DNA of 64,000 nucleotides, from positions 32,001-96,000 of the IMG/VR virus record IMGVR_UViG_3300035698_009252. One strand, given 5' to 3'. Of the stretch, positions 59,160 to 64,000 are shown piece by piece; position 1 is the stretch's first letter, and each line of letters starts with the position of its first letter. The notes below the pieces were generated by a model. It made no database searches and was not told the DNA's origin. It was given only the letters and a program-made list of their open reading frames with translations. A program made the position numbers and the translations under genes. This DNA is from a virus.

Positions 59160-60965
59160 CTACGCATTTACGGGCGTCTGTGCCGCCCAACCCTTACGAA
59201 TCTGCTCCACAGTGGGCAGAGCAACCTCGTCCTTATCTTCTGTCAGGCCCTCGGTTTGCGCAAGCATTCCGAACACCTTCTCGTTGAACCCGGCAAGCAG
59301 GTTCACGTGGGTGCCCTCGTCCACAATCGTGTCACCGTACCCATTCAGGTTGATGCAGTGCAGCCAAGTCTCCTTGGCCCCCTTACCCGATGCCACGTAC
59401 TTTGCCCAGGTGTCACACACAGCCTTCTCGCTGTTCGGGCTCTCCGAACGGTAGCCACGCGCACCCGTCATGCTGGTGTCATCCCACGCCTGGAGGTCGG
59501 ACAGGAGGATAACCCGGTCAGGAGTCAGCCCCTTCTCGATGAGCCACAGCGGAATCTTGAAGGCGTTGGTGTTGTGACCGTTCACGCCGTCATCCCCAAT
59601 CTTGCGGGCCACATCGAGCACTGTATCAGTCTTCGTCCACATAACCTCGCGGATATCCGTTGCGAAAGCGCACACGTAGGAACGCTCACACCCCTTGGCC
59701 ACGATACCGGTTAGCACGTTTGCCACGTCGGCCACCGTCACCTCGGACTTGTCCGACAGCCTGTTGTTCGACATGGACCTCGAAGCGTCCACGAAGATTG
59801 CCGTGGTACCCGGCAGGGAAACCCCCTCCGCTGCGTAGTTTACGGCCAGCTCGACAGCGGCTTCCAGCTCACCCCGGTCGGCCTGGTCCACACCATCAAC
59901 CTGGAGGGCCTTCGATGCGGACAGGAACCGGAACGGGAGCTGCTTGGACCGCTGCACGGCCTGCTTGCTGGAGATATACGCGGACACCTTAGCGATATGC
60001 TCTTGCGAGACCTTCGCCTGAAGGATGTTCCGCAGGTTCCGCAGCATGGCCATGTAGCCGAGCAGCTTCTCGTCAACGAGGAACTCCCAAACACCCTTCT
60101 TGTCGTCCCCGAACTGGGAAAGCAGAACCTCCCAGTTCACCTTGGACTTGCGAGCAAGTTCCTTGGTGATGTTATCGAAAGCCGTCCGCTTGTTCATGGC
60201 CGCACGTGCCGCCACAATCGGGGCGTCCTTCTCATCCGGGATTGCGCCTGTGATGAAGTAATTCGCGATGGGCTTCGCCACCGGCCAGTCGGCCTTGCGC
60301 TTCACCCACCCAAACACGTCCTTCCACGTCGGGAAGTCCGGGCTGTCATACTTCACCAACCCACGCTCTCCAAAGCCCGAGATGGCGTCCCCCAGGCCGA
60401 AGTTCAGGCCATTGGCCAGAGACTTCATGCCGAAGAAGAACCGGTGAACGAGCAGACACGTCTTAACCTCGTCCGGCCTCTTGACAATGTGCGGGGCGTA
60501 CCGACGCACAAGCGACTTGGTCGCATCGAGCCTGGACGCCACAACAAGGAGCACCTGCGGCGTGAGCCGGATGTACATCTCATTGCGGAGCCAGTTGGCG
60601 ATAGAGAGAAGGTCCTCCGGGTTGTCCCCGGTCCCCACATCGATAGCCGTTGCCACGACCTCGCGAGCCACGTCGTTGAGTTCCTCGCAGGAAGCAAAGC
60701 CATTCAGCTTGCCATCCACGATTTCGAGACGCCGAGCGAGTTGCTCGAACTTGCCGCCCTGCACCCTCTTCGGGACAATGGCGTCACCGTTATAGAACTT
60801 CGGCTCGGCGAAAAACGCCCCACCGGTCATGGTGACCAGCTTGAGTGCCGGGTCCTTAATCTCGAATGCGACGCCGCCTGCGCGGTTTACGGTTGCATTC
60901 GGCTGCTTGCTCGGCTTACGAGCGTTCGCGGACTTGGTCCGCGCCATCTTCTGAAGAGTACTCAT
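59160..60965 (-). CDS. TROVE-domain Ro60/Rsr-like RNA-binding protein with C-terminal vWA domain
   Basis: VNRAGGVAF, RPDE, YMAMLRNLRNI, SKQLPFRFLSA, MIDAS-like VDASRSM, ILLSDLQ; AGGAGGAGG RBS before ATG 60965. Confidence 0.92.
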   Translation of the reverse strand: MSTLQKMARTKSANARKPSKQPNATVNRAGGVAFEIKDPALKLVTMTGGAFFAEPKFYNGDAIVPKRVQGGKFEQLARRLEIVDGKLNGFASCEELNDVAREVVATAIDVGTGDNPEDLLSIANWLRNEMYIRLTPQVLLVVASRLDATKSLVRRYAPHIVKRPDEVKTCLLVHRFFFGMKSLANGLNFGLGDAISGFGERGLVKYDSPDFPTWKDVFGWVKRKADWPVAKPIANYFITGAIPDEKDAPIVAARAAMNKRTAFDNITKELARKSKVNWEVLLSQFGDDKKGVWEFLVDEKLLGYMAMLRNLRNILQAKVSQEHIAKVSAYISSKQAVQRSKQLPFRFLSASKALQVDGVDQADRGELEAAVELAVNYAAEGVSLPGTTAIFVDASRSMSNNRLSDKSEVTVADVANVLTGIVAKGCERSYVCAFATDIREVMWTKTDTVLDVARKIGDDGVNGHNTNAFKIPLWLIEKGLTPDRVILLSDLQAWDDTSMTGARGYRSESPNSEKAVCDTWAKYVASGKGAKETWLHCINLNGYGDTIVDEGTHVNLLAGFNEKVFGMLAQTEGLTEDKDEVALPTVEQIRKGWAAQTPVNA

Positions 60966-61031
60966 AGCGTACCTCCTCCTTCTTTGAAGCGTGCCCAACT
61001 GTAGGGCACCAATTTACATTTCCTGACAAAC

Positions 61032-61065
61032 AAAAAGCCGATGGTCAACTTTTGACCATCGGCTT
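61032..61065 (-). terminator. intrinsic terminator after tRNA-Met
   Basis: Long stem AAGCCGATGGTCAA/TTGACCATCGGCTT with a T-run. Confidence 0.85.
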
Positions 61066-61069
61066 ATCG

Positions 61070-61146
<77 letters not shown>

Positions 61147-61157
61147 AATCATACATA

Positions 61158-61437
61158 AAGCCGATACCAATGGGCACAAAGAGTTGCCGAGGGATATACC
61201 ATGATGGCCACATGGGCCTTTAGGAGTCCCTCTATACGGCTCCGTTTTAGGGGAGACGGCTACGATTGACCCCGTAGCCGAGGCTGCACATAATACCCAG
61301 TGCGGGGTCTCCGTTCCCCAGGACTTGGTAGTCCCCGGTTGGGATATTCGGATGGCTTCAGCGTCCGAACCTACGGACTCCACCAACCAGTGTTACTTTT
61401 CAGTAATGAAGTAACTCTTCATTGAAGCGTATCGCTT
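61158..61437 (-). ncRNA. putative Y-RNA-like RNA with a large structured internal domain
   Basis: Ends pair (AAGCGATAC/GTATCGGCTT; GAAGAGTT/AACTCTTT); many internal stems; just upstream of tRNA-Met and the Ro60 gene. Confidence 0.55.
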
Positions 61438-61495
61438 CTATTTTCTGTTTCAATTCAAAGAACAAACGACTGAAGCGTACCAGCCATCACAAACA

Positions 61496-61789
61496 CTATA
61501 CACCCGGACTCTCGTCCGGCGCAACAGAATTTTCATTTTTTTCATCTTCGTCTGGAATCCCTAATGTATTCCGCAGATATTCCTCGATTTCGTTAACGGT
61601 TGTCAACCGGCCAACATCTCCATCGGGTACAGGCTTTCCAAATTCTTCCTCGAATATCACCAACAATTCCACACAGTCCAGCTCATCGGCACCAAGGCTT
61701 GTTACGAGATGTGCATCATCTTCAATACCTTCAACCGGAATTCCCAGTTGCTCGGCCACGATAGACTTGATTCTGTCGCGAATGCTCAT
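61496..61789 (-). CDS. acyl carrier protein homologue lacking the phosphopantetheine Ser
   Basis: IKSIVAEQLG...LGADELDCVEL...EEEFG...TTVNEI; GGAGG RBS. Confidence 0.85.
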   Translation of the reverse strand: MSIRDRIKSIVAEQLGIPVEGIEDDAHLVTSLGADELDCVELLVIFEEEFGKPVPDGDVGRLTTVNEIEEYLRNTLGIPDEDEKNENSVAPDESPGV

Positions 61790-62035
61790 ACGACCTCCGT
61801 CATTCGGGTGAAGACACAATCCCTTACGGCCCCTTGTGTCTGAAAGTCCCCAAAAGGGGATGGGAAATCCAACCATGAGTTTAAGGGCTGCCTGTTCAGC
61901 ACTTACCGGGACTCTACCAACCCTTCCCGCCGATTCTCTCTACAGACTTTTTCAAACGTTGCGCGTACCTTCATCAGAGAATGTACCGTCATACTTGTCA
62001 TGTTCAGCGTAATCGGCCCGCTGACGGTTGAAAAA

Positions 62036-62211
62036 TGGTGGAGCGTACAGGAATTGAACCTGCGTCGGTTCCAGCCCTCCCGCCAACTACAGTCAAACCT
62101 GCACCGAGGAAAAAAATAAACCTCTGATTGGTACAGGACTCACTGCTTGGTACGAGACTTCGGAATCCCAAGTGACTTTCGTCACCGGCCTTTCCTCTCA
62201 GCCAACGCCCC
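62036..62211 (-). ncRNA. tRNA-like RNA with Ala acceptor identity and a >100-nt insert in place of the anticodon arm
   Basis: GGGGCGT/ACGCTCC-A-CCA acceptor (G3-U70), D-arm TGGCTGAGAGGAAAGGC, T-arm GCAGG-TTCAATT-CCTGT. Confidence 0.75.
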
Positions 62212-62285
62212 TTTCTCAGACTCTTGGCCAGCCTTTCGGCTGTTACCAGTTGACACCGCGTGGAGGTGGTCTGACATCGTCAACC

Positions 62286-62677
62286 TGGACGTGGGGAGAA
62301 TCGAACTCCCGTCCTGGACAGGCTCACCGTAAACCTCTACATGCTTATCCAGCTACTTTCTTTTGCCGCTGGCGGGCCGCACAACAGTCCTTCCCAGAGC
62401 ACCCCGTAATAAACGGTTCTGTTGTAGTACTCATTGGATGACATAGCCCGGCCACCCGCCGGGGTTCTACCTCTGTCGTTGCCGGACATCCCTTAGAGGT
62501 GTAGGGGAGCCGACACCGGGGCTGTTAAGCCGCCAGAGCGCGAGCGCCCTGGACTCCGGGGAATTGAAGAACGTTGCCGTTTACTTCAGTGTTGGAAGGC
62601 TTTTTAGGAGGCCAACCTTACCAACCTCCGCATGCAGTTAACGACTTGCATCTGCCAGTCGAAACCTTGTCACGCCC
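62286..62677 (-). ncRNA. ssrA: tmRNA
   Basis: 5' GGGCGTGACAAGGTTTCGAC; 3' GGACGGGAGTTCGATTCTCCCCACGTCCA; G3-U70; tag ORF 62525-62578 GNVLQFPGVQGARALAA*. Confidence 0.93.
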
Positions 62678-62780
62678 ATATTTTCAAAGAACGACCGTAG
62701 CATTCACCGTCTACCGCTACGAGTCAACATCAAATTATACTCTATCCATTGCTCCAGGGAGCATCAATTCTGAAAAAATT

Positions 62781-63230
62781 ACTAGCAGGCCGGGTTTTCG
62801 CCGACACACTTACCTACCCCACCCTCCACGTAGAGCCATAACTTCAACGGGATAGGGTCATAGGCTTAAAGCTCAGTCCTAATCGTTTGCCCCACCTCCA
62901 ACCGGGAGGCTACGGGTTCTCTATTCCACCCAAGGAAGGCCATTTACATCTGCAAGACAGGCTTGCTCCTCTCTCGCGTCCGGGCTCTCACCGGCACCCC
63001 TGGACTTTGCAACCTACTTCTTTCGGTTCGGCGACCCGTTCGGATTCTAACCTACTAAGGGATTTTTGCGCACGGGGACTATTGGTGCGCGGGGTGTGTT
63101 ACGGCTCCAGCAACATCCAAGGTGTTCCGGTACCGGGTAGTCCGCAAGAAGGGGACAAGACCACATTCTCGCGCTTGCCTGGTGTGTCCGGGCTTGGATT
63201 CGCCTTCACCAGCGCCACACCGCTGCCAGT
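62781..63230 (-). ncRNA. putative ~450-nt structured ncRNA
   Basis: Termini pair ACTGGCAG/CTGCTAGT; no minus-strand ORF; boxA-like element just upstream. Confidence 0.5.
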
Positions 63231-63247
63231 AAAATATCAATGAACAA

Positions 63248-63409
63248 ATCGAGCGACAGGGTTTTCACCTGCACGACGGGTATTTCATCTTTGCTTCAAG
63301 ACTGCGTTTCTTGATTTGGCTTTCGCTCGCCTCAAGGCATTCAGTCAACACCCCGTCTATTTCACCGCATCGCTGCTGGCAGTTTAGCGTCTAATTCCGC
63401 CACGCTCAA
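63248..63409 (-). ncRNA. tRNA-like RNA (Leu-type D arm) with an expanded central domain
   Basis: TTGAGCG/CGCTCGA acceptor; TGGCGGAATTAGACGC D arm; GCAGG-TGAAAAC-CCTGT T-like arm; GACGGG/CCCGTC closes a long arm. Confidence 0.6.
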
Positions 63410-63419
63410 AAACCAATGT

Positions 63420-63988
63420 TGCCTGCCCCGCCCTCACGTCCTCTTACTCTCGGACAGAGGCTTCAGCTTCGCCACGCACCGAGGTCCGGTAATCCGTGAC
63501 AGTAACCCGTCAGACAACAAATCAAAATCAAAGGGCAGGCTTGTTCGCCACAGTCCCAGAGCGGGCCGTTTAACTCCCGCTTTTCTTCCGGCATTGTTCC
63601 TTCTTCTGCAAGCAGAAGTTCACCGGGCCAATTGCAGACTAGCTGCTGGCCGATGCCGAAGCTGAGGCTGTACCTGCCATGAGGCACCGCCGAAGACGTG
63701 GCTGGTTTACGCATCCCAGCCGTAGCCCTGTTTTGCCTCCGCAAATGCGGAGATGGCTTCCCGGATTGTCTCCGGCATGGGGACGACGGTTTCCCGTCAA
63801 TCCTCCACCACCCGGATTTTTGATAAGGTTCCGGGGAACCGCATCGGAAAGGCCGCAACAGCACCCGAAGGCTGCCGTACGACGGTTCCCAACGAAAACG
63901 CCTTTGGGCCAGTCGCACCAGAGATTTGTGCCACACTGTTTTTTTTCTTGGCTCCCGGCGATAGTTCTTACCAACCGGCCCAAAGGTA
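63420..63988 (-). ncRNA. hairpin-dense region, probable ncRNA(s)
   Basis: Successive stems CCTTTGGGCC/GGCCCAAAGG, GGGAACCG/CGGTTCCC, GCCTGCCC/GGGCAGGC; ORFs here lack recognisable features. Confidence 0.4.
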
Positions 63989-64000
63989 AATCTTTCAAAG

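Noticed and set aside
2-61004. Many long plus-strand ORFs (e.g. 4243..5280, 12525..13436, 20299..21357, 54103..55323, 59997..61004)
   Set aside because: They are antisense shadows of well-supported minus-strand genes with no recognisable motifs; 20299..21357 merely mirrors the collagen repeat.
61158-61437. Group I or group II intron
   Set aside because: There is some P7/P3-like pairing (GAGGGA/TCCCTC) and a GAGCCGTAT string, but no complete core, domain V hairpin or identifiable exons.
61810-62030. Additional ncRNA between the Ala-tRNA mimic and the ACP gene
   Set aside because: A few hairpins are present, but there are no clear boundaries or family signature.
62781-63230. RNase P RNA
   Set aside because: It has fragments reminiscent of it (GGAGCAAG, AAAACCCGGC near the 3' end) but no GAGGAAAGTCC near the 5' end, so it is left unassigned.

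Overview
This 64-kb window is part of a large tailed dsDNA phage genome. Essentially every credible gene is on the minus strand; the plus-strand ORFs look like shadows. In transcription order (right to left) it holds four blocks. (1) A ~3-kb non-coding RNA cluster (61070-64000) with a tmRNA, an initiator-type tRNA-Met, two tRNA mimics with large inserts, a Y-RNA-like RNA and two larger structured RNA candidates. It also contains an acyl-carrier-protein homologue lacking the phosphopantetheine Ser and is followed by a Ro60/TROVE gene. (2) An ~18.5-kb array (40205-58748) in which about 33 small, mutually unrelated proteins share an amphipathic leader (consensus ~M-N-x-x-x-I-A-R/K-E-L-V-A-V-A-R/K-E/D-L-x-A). 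A fixed-spacing motif TTCWTTGATAY-N7-ATAGRTRG occurs five times, four of them in or directly upstream of the array. This is the best candidate for an undescribed system: a capsid-targeting or cargo-loading tag on a library of virion-packaged proteins. (3) Head-tail connector and tail genes: three tube-like and three chaperone-like paralogues, tape measure, hub, a collagen-like fibre and a C1q-like protein. (4) A replication/recombination module: SNF2, DnaB-like helicase, a degenerate YhaM-like protein, primase, sigma factor, a Hel308/Ski2 helicase split around a UDG gene, UvsY-like, an SSB with a -1 frameshift signal, RecA, 5'-3' exonuclease, a methyltransferase and a kinase. All calls come from motif recognition by eye; no database searches were run.
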